A stretch of 64,000 nucleotides of DNA from Prevotellaceae bacterium UBA1391. GTDB taxonomy: Bacteria > Bacteroidota > Bacteroidia > Bacteroidales > Bacteroidaceae. Under the pieces are notes generated by a model. The model did not search any database. It was not told where the DNA came from and saw nothing but the letters and a program-made list of their open reading frames with translations. Numbering within the stretch: position 1 is the first letter of the stretch; the number at the start of each line of letters is the position of its first letter. A program made the translations under genes and the position numbers. Of the stretch, positions 26,826 through 37,300 are shown piece by piece. The stretch is from NCBI GenBank assembly GCA_002305265.1, contig DBQP01000007.1:29429-93428 (forward strand). The letters are read 5' to 3'.

Positions 26826-27773
26826 ATGAAAGCCCTTACTCGTACCGACTTCAACTTCCCAGGTCAAGTTGACGTCTATCACGGCAAAGTCCGCGACGTT
26901 TACAACATCAACAACGACATCATGGTCATGGTGGCCACGGACCGCATTTCAGCCTTCGACGTTGTTCTTCCAAAGGGAATCCCCTTCAAGGGACAGGTGC
27001 TCAACCAAATCGCCGCGTCGTTTCTGGACGCTTCGAAAGACATCGTGCCTAACTGGAAACTTGCGACGCCAGACCCAATGGTTACGGTCGGTCTCAAATG
27101 TGAGGGATTTCGCGTGGAAATGATCATTCGCGGCTACCTCACGGGCAGCGCATGGCGCGAGTATCAGGTTGGATGCCGCGAGATTTGTGGCGTGGCGCTG
27201 CCTGATGGAATGCGCGAGAACGAGAAGTTCCCACACCCGATCATCACACCGACGACCAAGGCTGACGCCGGACACGACGAGAACATTTCGAAGGAAGAAA
27301 TCATCGAGCAAGGACTTGTCAGCCGTGAGGACTATGAGAAAATGGAGGAATACACGTATGCGCTCTTTGATCTCGGCACTCAGATGGCGGCGGAGAAAGG
27401 GTTGATTCTCGTCGACACGAAGTATGAGTTCGGCAAGCGCGACGGAAAAGTTTACCTCATCGACGAAGTTCACACCCCCGATTCCTCTCGCTATTTCTAT
27501 GCCGAGGGCTATGAAGAGAAGTTCGTCAAAGGTGAGCCGCAGCGTCAGCTCTCCAAGGAGTTTGTGCGTCAGTGGCTCATCGAGCACGATTTCATGAATC
27601 AGCCTGGCCAGACGATGCCTGAGATGACCGACGAGTTCGTCGACAGCATTTCCGATCGCTACATCGAACTCTACGAGCACATCGTCGGTCAGTCCTTCGT
27701 CAAGGCCTCCGAGGCCGATGATCTGGCTGAGCGCATCGAGCGCAATGTCGTTGACTGCCTTGCGCACCTCTGA
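26826..27773 (+). CDS. purC: Phosphoribosylaminoimidazole-succinocarboxamide synthase
   Basis: ORF trimmed to [26 protein letters not shown] at 26826. Long-form SAICAR synthetase motifs (...DRISAFD...LVDTKYEFG...). Confidence 0.9.
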   Translation: MKALTRTDFNFPGQVDVYHGKVRDVYNINNDIMVMVATDRISAFDVVLPKGIPFKGQVLNQIAASFLDASKDIVPNWKLATPDPMVTVGLKCEGFRVEMIIRGYLTGSAWREYQVGCREICGVALPDGMRENEKFPHPIITPTTKADAGHDENISKEEIIEQGLVSREDYEKMEEYTYALFDLGTQMAAEKGLILVDTKYEFGKRDGKVYLIDEVHTPDSSRYFYAEGYEEKFVKGEPQRQLSKEFVRQWLIEHDFMNQPGQTMPEMTDEFVDSISDRYIELYEHIVGQSFVKASEADDLAERIERNVVDCLAHL

Positions 27774-27813
27774 TCAGCGTTTTGTCCCCGCACTGCAAAT
27801 GTAGAAAGATTGC

Positions 27814-27866
27814 AAGGGGTCCACTATGACGTCCGCTGTTGCGGGCGCCAGGTGGACCCCTTTTTG
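27814..27866 (+). terminator. Terminator-like hairpin downstream of purC
   Basis: 11-bp stem AAGGGGTCCAC / GTGGACCCCTT (27814-27824 / 27852-27862) followed by TTT. The 27-nt loop is long for a terminator. Confidence 0.5.
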
Positions 27867-28164
27867 CATTCCGTTCTTCTCCTCCGGTGTCCTTTCTCCG
27901 TGCTTGCAGTAATCAATCGTTGCACTCCCTGCATGAATGTCTTTCGTCCAGCGCAGCCTGTTTCTTCGCGTTGAGCACGTTGGATTCTCCTCAGGACCCT
28001 CCTTGGATACCTCTGGAAACCATCATGGATGCGCATGGAGCATCATCGATTCTTTCCCCCATCATTTCTAACTCATCTTCTCAATCATATTGGAACGCAC
28101 GACCGATGGACGTCCGGATGACTTCCGGATGGTTGTCCTCCTCCGTTCCATCCTTCCTTTTCCC

Positions 28165-28920
28165 ATGTCCGACTACGCGCAAGAAGCCATCAAGCCCTAT
28201 GGTGACGCCCAGGGCAGCAAGCGAAGTCAGGTGGAGACCATGTTCAACCGCATTGCGCACTCCTACGACCTGCTCAACCATACGCTTTCGCTCGGCATCG
28301 ACCGCATCTGGCGGCGCAATGCCATCCGTCACCTCAAGACGCTCACGTCAGCCCAACCGCCCCGGCGCATTCTCGACGTTGCCACTGGAACGGGCGATCT
28401 GACCCTGCTGGCCTATCGTGAGCTTCGCCCTCAGCACATCGACGGCGTCGACATCTCTTCCGAGATGATGGCCGTCGGACGTGAGAAAGTGGCGAAAGCC
28501 CGTCTTTCCGAGGTCGTCGACTTCCATTTGCAGGACTGCTCGGCCATGACGTTTCCGTCGCAAACTTTCGATGCCGTCATCTCGGCCTTTGCCTTGCGCA
28601 ACTTTCAGTATCTCGACGAATGCCTGGTTGAAATCAGACGGGTGATGAAGCCAGGAAGTCCGCTTGTCGCCATCGACCTCTGCACGCCCGTCGCGTTTCC
28701 CATGCGTCAGCTCTTCTGGATCTATCAGCGCTGCGTCATGCCCCTCATCGGACGCTTCATCTCGCATGACAACCACGCCTACGTCTATCTGCCGCAGACG
28801 ATGGCTGCCATCCCTCAAGCCGCCGACATGACGGCCATTTTCCGTCGCGCCGGCTTCACCCACACGGCCTATCGTCGTTTGCTCTTCGGCATGTGCATCC
28901 GCTATTCCGCACAGGCCTGA
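28165..28920 (+). CDS. ubiE: Demethylmenaquinone / ubiquinone-type C-methyltransferase (UbiE/MenG)
   Basis: ORF trimmed to MSDYAQEAIKPY... at 28165. Shows ...VETMFNRIAHSYDLLNHTLSLGIDRIWR... and the SAM motif ILDVATGTGDL. Confidence 0.85.
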   Translation: MSDYAQEAIKPYGDAQGSKRSQVETMFNRIAHSYDLLNHTLSLGIDRIWRRNAIRHLKTLTSAQPPRRILDVATGTGDLTLLAYRELRPQHIDGVDISSEMMAVGREKVAKARLSEVVDFHLQDCSAMTFPSQTFDAVISAFALRNFQYLDECLVEIRRVMKPGSPLVAIDLCTPVAFPMRQLFWIYQRCVMPLIGRFISHDNHAYVYLPQTMAAIPQAADMTAIFRRAGFTHTAYRRLLFGMCIRYSAQA

Positions 28921-28979
28921 CCCATTTTTCCCTCTCAACGGGGCGGCACCGCCACCCGACTTCATTCCTCTATTCTCTC

Positions 28980-29723
28980 ATGGAACAATACGGACTCATC
29001 GGCTATCCGCTCGGCCACTCCTTCTCCCGCTCTTTCTTTCAAGACAAATTCCAGAGCGAGGGCATCGAAGCGGAATACATCAACTTCGAGATTCCCGACA
29101 TCGACCGCATCTTGGAAGTGCTCGACGCTCACCCCGACCTGCGCGGCTTCAACGTGACCATCCCCTACAAGCAGAAAATCATTCCCTATCTTGACGAGGT
29201 GAGCCGCGAAGCCCGCGAGATAGGTGCCGTCAATGTGGTGAAGGTGGTCAACCGGGGCGGCTCACGCCAGCTCATCGGCTACAATTCCGATGTCATTGGT
29301 TTCCGCAACTCCATCGAGCCCTTGCTGCGTCCACACCATCGCCGTGCCCTCATTCTCGGCACGGGTGGTGCGAGCCGCGCCGTCCACTATGCGCTTCAGC
29401 GTCAGCTGGGCATCGAGACCGTGTTTGTATCCCGCTACGAGCGTCCCGGAACGGTCACCTATGACCACATCACGGCAGAGACGATGAGCGACTATCCCCT
29501 CATCGTCAACACCACGCCGCTGGGCATGTATCCCCATGTCGACGAATGTCCGCCATTGCCCTACGAGGCCATGACGTCCGACCATCTGCTCTTCGACCTC
29601 ATCTACAATCCTGAGCGCACGCGCTTCATGAACCGTGGGGCTGCGCAGGGCGCGGCAGTCAAAAACGGGCTCGAGATGCTGCTGCTGCAGGCCATCGCCT
29701 CTTGGACATACTGGAATGAGTAA
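28980..29723 (+). CDS. aroE: Shikimate dehydrogenase
   Basis: ORF trimmed to MEQYGLIGYPLGHSFS... at 28980. Contains ...GFNVTIPYKQ... and ...LGTGGASRAV.... Confidence 0.85.
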   Translation: MEQYGLIGYPLGHSFSRSFFQDKFQSEGIEAEYINFEIPDIDRILEVLDAHPDLRGFNVTIPYKQKIIPYLDEVSREAREIGAVNVVKVVNRGGSRQLIGYNSDVIGFRNSIEPLLRPHHRRALILGTGGASRAVHYALQRQLGIETVFVSRYERPGTVTYDHITAETMSDYPLIVNTTPLGMYPHVDECPPLPYEAMTSDHLLFDLIYNPERTRFMNRGAAQGAAVKNGLEMLLLQAIASWTYWNE

Positions 29724-30882
29724 GGCCGCATCCACCCGTCGCCCCCAGCGCCCCGCAGCTGCCAGCTCCGCGTCGTCCCGCGGGCGAGCGTCGTCGCGTC
29801 CGGCAGCGGCGTCCGACGCACCGTCCGGTCGCCAGCCGGCGCATGCCCGACGCGCCTCGCGCCTCCTCCGCAAGTTCCTCATCCATCTCTGCACCATGAT
29901 GTTCTTCCTGCTCCTCTTCCTGCTCCTGTCCATCAGTGGCTTCATCTATTACAAGGCGGTCGGCCCCAATCTCAGTCGGCGCGCCGCCCACAACGTGAGC
30001 ACGCTCACCGAGCCGGAAGCACTCGACGAGATGTATTCGCTCTATCCCCACCTGCGCCGTTGGCTCGTGGAGCGGAAGTCGCACGGACAGTGGCGCTCCA
30101 CCACGCTCACGACCCCCGACAACGTCCGCCTGCATGCATACGTCGTCCCGGCCGACCGCCCCACGCGGCGCACCGTCATCCTCATCCACGGCTATCGCAG
30201 CCAGGCCGTGGAGATGCTTCATCTCGCCTACCTCTATCACCATCAGCTCCACTTCAATGTCGTCATGCCCGACCTGCGCGCCCATGGCCACAGCCAAGGC
30301 AGCGCCATCGGCTTCGGCTATACCGATGCAGCCGACGTGCGCCTGTGGATGCACCATGCCGACTCGCTTTTCCGCCCGGAGCACGGCGAACACACGCAGA
30401 TGGTCATCCACGGCCTGTCGATGGGTGCAGCCACAGCCATGTTCGTGGCCGGCCAGCCGCAGCCGCCCTACGTGAAGGCCTATGTCGAGGACTGTGGCTA
30501 CAGCTCCGTCGACGCTGAGCTCACCTACATGCTGCGCCGCGACTATTTCCTCCCACGCTTCCCCTTCATCCCACTGGCCAGCCTCATCTGCCGCTGGCAG
30601 CAAGGCTGGAGCTTTCAGGAGGCCTCCTGCGTGGAGAGCCTGCGCCGCGCGCGTGCCCCCATGCTCTTCATCCACGGTACGGCCGACCGCTACGTGCCAT
30701 CGCACATGGTACACGAACTCTATGCAGCCAAACCGCATCAGAAGGAGATTTGGGAAGTGCCCGAAGTCACGCACGGACGTGCCTACCACGACTATCCCGC
30801 CGACTACGAGCGCCGCGTCAGCCGTTTCCTCGACCAATATCTTTATATGGAAGAAACTGCCGGCAGCGTGTCATTTCAATAA
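29716..30882 (+). CDS. Membrane-anchored alpha/beta hydrolase (S9/BAAT-like)
   Basis: ORF trimmed to MSKAASTRR... at 29716, overlapping aroE by 8 nt. It has an R/S/A-rich N-terminal tail, one TM helix and the nucleophile elbow HGLSMGA. Confidence 0.7.
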   Translation: MSKAASTRRPQRPAAASSASSRGRASSRPAAASDAPSGRQPAHARRASRLLRKFLIHLCTMMFFLLLFLLLSISGFIYYKAVGPNLSRRAAHNVSTLTEPEALDEMYSLYPHLRRWLVERKSHGQWRSTTLTTPDNVRLHAYVVPADRPTRRTVILIHGYRSQAVEMLHLAYLYHHQLHFNVVMPDLRAHGHSQGSAIGFGYTDAADVRLWMHHADSLFRPEHGEHTQMVIHGLSMGAATAMFVAGQPQPPYVKAYVEDCGYSSVDAELTYMLRRDYFLPRFPFIPLASLICRWQQGWSFQEASCVESLRRARAPMLFIHGTADRYVPSHMVHELYAAKPHQKEIWEVPEVTHGRAYHDYPADYERRVSRFLDQYLYMEETAGSVSFQ

Positions 30883-30889
30883 TTTTATT

Positions 30890-30897
30890 TATCTTTG
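30890..30897 (+). promoter_or_regulatory. Bacteroidota -7 box (TATCTTTG) reading into the GC-rich island upstream of the TPM gene
   Basis: Match to TAnnTTTG beginning 8 nt after the hydrolase stop. The next start codon (31373) is about 475 nt downstream. Confidence 0.4.
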
Positions 30898-31099
30898 CAT
30901 CAGACGCCGTTCGCATCAGCGCATCGCCCCACAGCGGGCCGTTGCGGCGGTGCATGCCCACTGTGGGATGATTGCTTCGCCCTGTGCCGACGTAGCACCG
31001 GTGCTGCCCAATCGATGCGCATCCGCCTCATCTGCCCTCCGCGCGAATCGCAGGCGACGACCTGCGCCGCGTCAGCCGCTCTTTTTCATCTTCCATCGC

Positions 31100-31153
31100 G
31101 AAGGCCTTCTACATGCATCACGAAGGCCTTCCCGACGCCGCGGAAAGGCCTTC
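31100..31153. repeat. Triple-palindrome element, locus C: GAAGGCCTTC-N12-GAAGGCCTTC-N12-AAAGGCCTTC
   Basis: 10-mers start at 31100, 31122 and 31144, spaced 22 bp. The spacers read best as the reverse complement of those at locus D. Confidence 0.9.
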
Positions 31154-31372
31154 CCATTTTCCAAAGCTTGTCGGACGGCTTTTCGGTTCACGCGCATGCC
31201 GGGCGGCGAGAGTGAGGCAGCAGCGGAGCATGGACACACGCATAGGCCGACGGGCTGGGCCAGCGGGCGATGTTTGGACGCCATTTCGGGCTGGCCAACG
31301 AAAAAAAATCGTCGTGCAGGTGATAGAATCCGGCCAACGGCTGCTCTATATTAATAAAAACGAGAACGTGTT

Positions 31373-32296
31373 ATGACAAAACATCCGATGAAGCGCCTTC
31401 TTGCAAGCATGCTGCTCCTGCTGGTCGTCACGATGGCCATGGCCGCGAAGCCGTGGACGGTGGAGGCCATGCCGACGTTGGACAATACCACGCGTGTGAT
31501 GAACCCCGACGGGGTGCTGGCGACGGCAACGGTCGACTCCATCAACGCCATGCTGCTCACGCTCGACCGCCATGGCGTGCAGCCGCTGGTCGTCTGCATC
31601 CAGCGGATTGAGGGCGACGACCCCTACGAGTTTGCCATCGGACTGGGCCGACGTTTCGGCGTGGGCGGGCGGAAAAGCCTGGGCGTCGTGATGGTGGTGG
31701 CGACGGAAGACCGCTCCTATCAAATCGTCACAGGGTCGGGCATGGACAAATATCTGCCCGACGCCATCTGCTCGCGCATCGAGCATGTCGCCATGGTGCC
31801 TCATCTGAAAGCGGGAGAATGGGACGCAGCCATGCTGTCGGGCGTGCGGATGATGAAGCAATACCTCGACAAGGACGAGGAGCTGATGGCGCAGTTGCGC
31901 GCCGAAGAGGCGGCGGAAGACTGGGAAGCCATGGTGGTTGGCCTCGTGTTTGCACTCATACCCGTCGTGATCATCGCACTGATTGCCTGGCAACGCTACA
32001 AGGACACGAAATGTCCGCAGTGCGGCAAGCATCGTCTCCGTGTCGTCAGACGCGAGAGCTACAAAGACGCCCGCCGCAGAAGCCATCTGCTTGAGACGGT
32101 GATTTGCCAGAACTGCGGCCACACGTTCAAGCGCGACAGAATCCTTCACGATGGCACTTCAGCCGGTGTCGGAGGCGCCATCTTCTTGGGTGGCGGACGC
32201 CGTGGCGGCGGATTCGGTGGCGGATTCGGCGGTGGCGGTTTCGGCAGCTTCGGCGGCGGCAGTTTCGGTGGAGGCGGCGCAGGCGGCAGGTTCTGA
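31373..32296 (+). CDS. TPM-domain (YgcG-like) membrane protein with zinc-ribbon insert and glycine-rich tail
   Basis: Signal/anchor sequence, then a TPM phosphatase-like domain (...VVCIQRIEGDDPYEFAIGLGRRFGVGG...VVMVVATEDRSYQIVTG...) and a TM helix. These are followed by CPQCG...CQNCG and the tail GGGRRGGGFGGGFGGGGFGSFGGGSFGGGGAGG. Confidence 0.7.
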   Translation: MTKHPMKRLLASMLLLLVVTMAMAAKPWTVEAMPTLDNTTRVMNPDGVLATATVDSINAMLLTLDRHGVQPLVVCIQRIEGDDPYEFAIGLGRRFGVGGRKSLGVVMVVATEDRSYQIVTGSGMDKYLPDAICSRIEHVAMVPHLKAGEWDAAMLSGVRMMKQYLDKDEELMAQLRAEEAAEDWEAMVVGLVFALIPVVIIALIAWQRYKDTKCPQCGKHRLRVVRRESYKDARRRSHLLETVICQNCGHTFKRDRILHDGTSAGVGGAIFLGGGRRGGGFGGGFGGGGFGSFGGGSFGGGGAGGRF

Positions 32297-32410
32297 CCTG
32301 TCGTCCCGCGGCAGAGCCGAACCGGCATCCCGCATCTTCCTCTCGGGCAAGGCGTTGCGCCTGTCCGTTCCATCCATACGACTCAACCCTCACAAAAATT
32401 ATAGAAAACA

Positions 32411-32995
32411 ATGAAAAAGTCAACACTTATTCTTCTGGCCATTGCTGCCGTTGTTGTCATCTGGGGCATCAGTGCCTACAATTCGTTGGTCAACAAAGAC
32501 GAGACCGTGCAGACGGCATGGTCGCAGGTGGAAAGCGACTATCAGCGACGCGCCGACCTCATCCCCAATCTTGTCAACACCGTGAAGGGCTATGCCAAGC
32601 ACGAGTCGCAGACGCTGAAGGAAGTTGTGGATGCTCGTGCACGGGCCACGCAGGTGACGGTCGACCCGTCGAACATCACGCCCGAGCAGCTGGCCGCCTT
32701 CCAGAAGGCGCAAGGCGAGGTGGGCTCGGCGCTCTCCCGCTTGCTGGCGGTGACGGAGAACTACCCCGACCTCAAGGCCAACCAGAACTTCCTGGAGCTT
32801 CAGGCACAGCTGGAGGGAACGGAGAACCGCATCAATGAGTCGCGCAAGGCGTTCAACGAGGCCACCAAGACCTACAACGTCAGCATCCGCCGTTTCCCCT
32901 CCAACATCATCGCCGGCGTGTTCGGATTCAGCACCCGCACGCTGTTCCAGGCAGAGCCCGGAAGCGAGAAAGCCCCAACCGTAAGTTTCGAGTAA
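32411..32995 (+). CDS. lemA: LemA family protein
   Basis: N-terminal TM helix plus ...YNSLVNKDETVQTAWSQVESDYQRRADLIPNLV...ENYPDLKAN...RRFPSNI, typical of LemA. Confidence 0.85.
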   Translation: MKKSTLILLAIAAVVVIWGISAYNSLVNKDETVQTAWSQVESDYQRRADLIPNLVNTVKGYAKHESQTLKEVVDARARATQVTVDPSNITPEQLAAFQKAQGEVGSALSRLLAVTENYPDLKANQNFLELQAQLEGTENRINESRKAFNEATKTYNVSIRRFPSNIIAGVFGFSTRTLFQAEPGSEKAPTVSFE

Positions 32996-33045
32996 TCCTG
33001 AAAGAAGGGACACGGGGTGCAGCCTCGTGTCCCTCATGATGAAAT

Positions 33046-33504
33046 ATGGAAGCACTCAATGCACACAACAAGGAGGAGTATCCTCCGATGCATACAGCCG
33101 AACATTTGCTCAACCAGACGATGGTGCGCATGTTCGGCTGCGAGCGTTCGCGCAATTCACACATCGAACGCAAGAAAAGCAAGATCAACTATGTGCTCGA
33201 CGCACCACCGACGGAGGAACAGATTGCCGAGGTGGAGCGCCGGATGAACGAACTGATTGCGCAGGACCTGCCCGTGAGCTACGAGTTGGTCACCCGCGAG
33301 CAGGTACCCGCCGGCGTCACGCTCAGCAAACTGCCGGAGGACGCCAGCGAACTGCTGCGCATCGTGCGCATCGGCGACTACGACGTCTGCGCGTGCATCG
33401 GCAGTCACGTGGCCTCCACACGCGAGATCGGTCAGTTCCGCATTACGTCCACATCGTGGAATGCTCCGCAATTTCGCATCGTCTTCAAGTTGCAGGAAAG
33501 TTGA
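33046..33504 (+). CDS. AlaX-S-like alanyl/threonyl-tRNA editing domain protein
   Basis: 152 aa with the HTAEH ... CIGSH zinc motifs (HxxxH / CxxxH) of the tRNA_SAD editing domain. Confidence 0.65.
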   Translation: MEALNAHNKEEYPPMHTAEHLLNQTMVRMFGCERSRNSHIERKKSKINYVLDAPPTEEQIAEVERRMNELIAQDLPVSYELVTREQVPAGVTLSKLPEDASELLRIVRIGDYDVCACIGSHVASTREIGQFRITSTSWNAPQFRIVFKLQES

Positions 33505-33596
33505 ATTTGAATCGCAACCGGTGCCGTCTGCTCCTCGCCGGACAGCGCGTCTGAAGGAGGGCAGAGGCCTGGGTCGTATGATTCCAGCTACAGACT

Positions 33597-34190
33597 ATGG
33601 ATTCCTATCGCACGATTGCCGGCCCTGCCGAGGGCCTCGTAACGGAAAAGCGCAGCAAGTTCCTGGCCTTTGCCCTGCCTGTCCGCAGCGCCGAGGAGGT
33701 GAAGCAGCATGTGTCAGCGTTTCAGAAGAAATACTACGACGCGCGCCACGTGTGCTATGCCTATATGCTGGGTGCGGAACGGACGGAGTACCGTGTCAAT
33801 GACAATGGCGAGCCTTCGGGAACGGCCGGGCGGCCCATTCTGGGGCAGATCAATGCTGCCGGCCTCACCGACGTGCTGGTCATCGTCGTGAGATACTTCG
33901 GTGGCATCCTGCTGGGGACGGGCGGCCTCGTCGTGGCCTATAAGCAGGCGGCGGCTGAGGCCATCGCGGCGGCCGAGGTGGTGGAGCGTACGGTGGACGC
34001 GGAAATCGCCATCCATTTCGAATATCCCTTCATGAATGATGTCATGCGGGTGGTCAAGGAGATGTCGCCCGAGGTCCTCTCGACGGCTTACGACAACGAC
34101 TGCATGATGCGGCTGCGCATCCGGGCCGGACTGATGGAGCAGTTGCGGGGCAGGTTGGAGAAAGTGGAGTCGCTGCGGGTGGACGACTGA
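33597..34190 (+). CDS. yigZ: YigZ / IMPACT family protein
   Basis: ...EKRSKFLAFALPV...ARHVCYAY...DNGEPSGTAGRPIL...VVRYFGGILLGTGGL, canonical for YigZ. Confidence 0.85.
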   Translation: MDSYRTIAGPAEGLVTEKRSKFLAFALPVRSAEEVKQHVSAFQKKYYDARHVCYAYMLGAERTEYRVNDNGEPSGTAGRPILGQINAAGLTDVLVIVVRYFGGILLGTGGLVVAYKQAAAEAIAAAEVVERTVDAEIAIHFEYPFMNDVMRVVKEMSPEVLSTAYDNDCMMRLRIRAGLMEQLRGRLEKVESLRVDD

Positions 34191-34223
34191 CCGCTGGTAT
34201 CGCTGAGCGATTTATAAGTAGCA

Positions 34224-34277
34224 AAGGCACGCCAGACCAAACCGACAGAGAGATGTCGGAATGGTCTGGCGTGCCTT
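34224..34277. terminator. Long hairpin between convergent yigZ and addB
   Basis: 16-bp stem AAGGCACGCCAGACCA / TGGTCTGGCGTGCCTT with a 22-nt loop that contains an inner CCGAC/GTCGG stem. The flanking T-runs are weak. Confidence 0.5.
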
Positions 34278-34332
34278 CTTGTATTTCCACGTGCGGCGCT
34301 GTCTGTCCGGTGGTGGCGGGCAGGGTGCTCGG

Positions 34333-37300
34333 TCAAGTGAAGTCGTCTTCTTTCACCATCTTTCCGCAGATGTCCACATAGTCGCAGTAGCGGCAAGTAT
34401 GGGCATTCAGTGTTTGCTCAAAGGGCGTTCCGGGACTGAATATTTCCCAAACGTGGGCTTGTAGCATCGAATTGAATGCGCCGGCATGCGGTGATGCGGT
34501 AAAATCTGTCAGGGATTCATTGCCAATCTTGACGCAGACAGAGCTTTGTTTATTTCCCTCTTTGGTGAGCTTGACATACATGAGTGCCGGTGCGACGCTT
34601 TTGCCCGTCTGTTCCGAGTAGATGGAGGCATAGTAGAGCGTCTGCAAGATGTGGTAAGGACGGTTGTCACCATTGGGGTCGAACACTGTGCTGATTTTGG
34701 ACGCCTTATGCTGATTGCTGCTGGTCTTGTAGTCGACGATGCGGTGCAATTTCCCCTCGGGAGTCGTGACAGTGTCGATGCGGTCGATGATGCCGCCGAA
34801 CTTCACATGGACAGTACGTGCGTCTGTCTCAATGGCGACTACCTTGGAGTGGCTTCCATCTTCGACGGCATGGATGGTGAGGGGCGCCAGCTGGGCATCA
34901 TATCCGAGCTGATTGATGACGTAGGTGATGAGCACCTCGCGATTCAGTTGCTGCTCGCCATTGTACACTGGACGCTGTAGGACGGCGTCACCCGTTTTCC
35001 GGAAGAAATGGATGTTGAAGCCTTCGTCCACCAGATTCTCAATCCGCGTCCTGTCTGCTGCCAGACGATTTAGGTCGACGGCCTGGAGTTCCTGCTCGAG
35101 TGGGAAGATGACGCTGTAGATTTGCTCCATGCAGTAGTGGAAGATATTGCCGAAAATGCTGGAGTCGACTTCCTCATCGAGTACTTCCGTCGGCTTCACG
35201 CCCGCCACATAGTTGAGATAGAACTTGAACGGGCAGCTGATGAAAGTGTTGATGGATGAAGGCGAAAGAAAGCTTTTCTTGCGTGGCGTCTGTTTTGCGA
35301 CGCCTCCATCTGGCTTTTCGTCTGCGCGCTCCGTGCCGTCAATTGCTGTCGGACTCGTTTTCTCGACGTCGATGGGTACGGTTTTGGCTGCATCCTCGCT
35401 GCCCTCATCTCCCCAATCGTAACGTTCGTACAGGCGGGCCAGCACTTCGGGCGTTTTCTCAGCTTGCAGCACGTGTGCGCTCATCGGATCGTTCTCCGCC
35501 TGCAAGGTCAACATGCGGATGGCTTGTGATTGTTCCGGCGGCAAGTCGATGAGCAACTGGCGCATGAAGCGAGACATCTCTCCCTTCGACAGTCCGTCGG
35601 TGGAGTTGTTGTAAAGCAGCACGACACGTTCGGCCCGCTGGATGAGACGATAGAAATAATAGGCGTAGAGACTGTTGCGTTTCTCGATGGTGGTCATGCC
35701 GTAAGCCTCGCGCAGGTTGTATGGGATGAAAGAACTTTTTCGGTCCGACTTCGGCAAGTTGTCGTCGCTCGTGGAAAGCAGCAGCAGATTGCGGAAGTCG
35801 AGGTTGCGCGTCTCCAGGATTCCCATGACCTGCAGCCCGATGGCTGGCTCTCCATGGAAAGGGACGGACTTGCCTGCGAGCAGCTGTTTGATAAGCTTGT
35901 AGAGGGTTTGAGGCTGCACCTCCAGCATCTGGCTGTCGTGGAGGGAAATCAATCGGTTGAGCAATGTGTAGGCGTTGAACACCGCTTCGGAATAAAACTG
36001 CGTGTCTGCATCCGGTTTTTGGGCGGCTTCCTGGTTCGATTTGTTGCCGCTCTCAGCGTCCTTGTCGTGGCTTTCTGCGTCTTTTCTGTGGCTTTCTGCG
36101 CCCTTGCCGCGGCTCTCCGCATCTTCGTCGCTGCCTGTTCCCTGATACGTGCGGCCTATGGCTTGAAGAATTTGGTGCAGGTAGCGCAGCAAGGCGGCGT
36201 TGTCTGGTTGCGGAGACAAGATGGACTGAAGCATTTCGTCCTGCGCCAAAATTGGCTCGGTCTGCGTCAGCAGGGTCATGTCGACGTAGAGCATGTTCCT
36301 CTGCAGAATGATAGAGTAGAGTTTGGCTGCGCTGTCAGGACAAAGCTGGTGCATGTAGGGATGGCGCAGGAGGGTGTTCAGATAATTGCGGCGAAGGATC
36401 GAATGGACGGGAGATGCGCCGGCAGGATGGTCGGACGCCGCCGCTGGATTGATATAAGCTATGGAATGTTTGGTGAAGCCGTGCATCTGCAGTTCGAGAA
36501 GCGCAATCAGAAAGCTGCTGACCGGCGTCTGCTGGATGGGAAAGCCCATCGTGATGTTCAACTGGTAGTTGCTCGGAATCGCGTGCAGCATGCTTTGCAA
36601 CAGTTTTTCGTTGCAAAGGACGACGCCGGTTTCGTTGAGTTGTTCTGTTGGATCGACGTTCTTCTCAATCCAGCGGCCCACGTAGCTGGCTTGGGCGTGC
36701 TCTGTGGCGGCCGACACGAAGGTGATTTCCTTGTTTGGGTTCTGCATGCCGCGGAAGCATTCGTGCGTGTCGGGCAGGGCGGATCCGAACAACTGTCGGT
36801 TGTGGCGGATGAATCGGCCGGCCTCGCCGTTCTCCATGCTCAGATAGAAGGTGTCGTAGTCCCAGTAGAAGTAGACGTTCTCAGCTTTTTCCTGCAGCAG
36901 TTTGAACAGTCTTTCCTCGGTCTTGTTCAGAACGTTGAAGCCCACGACGGCATAGATGCGGCCGCTGCAATCGTTGGCAATGTCGTCGCTGTGTCGCTCG
37001 ATGATGTCGCGTTTGATCATGCCGGCGTACGCCTCGCCCGCGTTCTCAAGCTCTTTGCGGAAGTCGAGATAGATGTCGTGAAGTTTGTTCCAGATGCTAA
37101 GAAACTTCTCTTTCAGCTCCGTTTTTGTCTGGATGTCGAAGTGGTGGAAGAATTCCTCGATGGCCTTGCGCTGATTCTCCGACAAGTAGTCGGTGCGGGT
37201 GAGCGCATCCAGATCCTCCAGATTGCTGAAGAGTATCTCGGCAGGCACCAGATTGTTGTCTACGTCGTCGAAGTCTTGCAGCATGATCTCGCCCCAGGAG

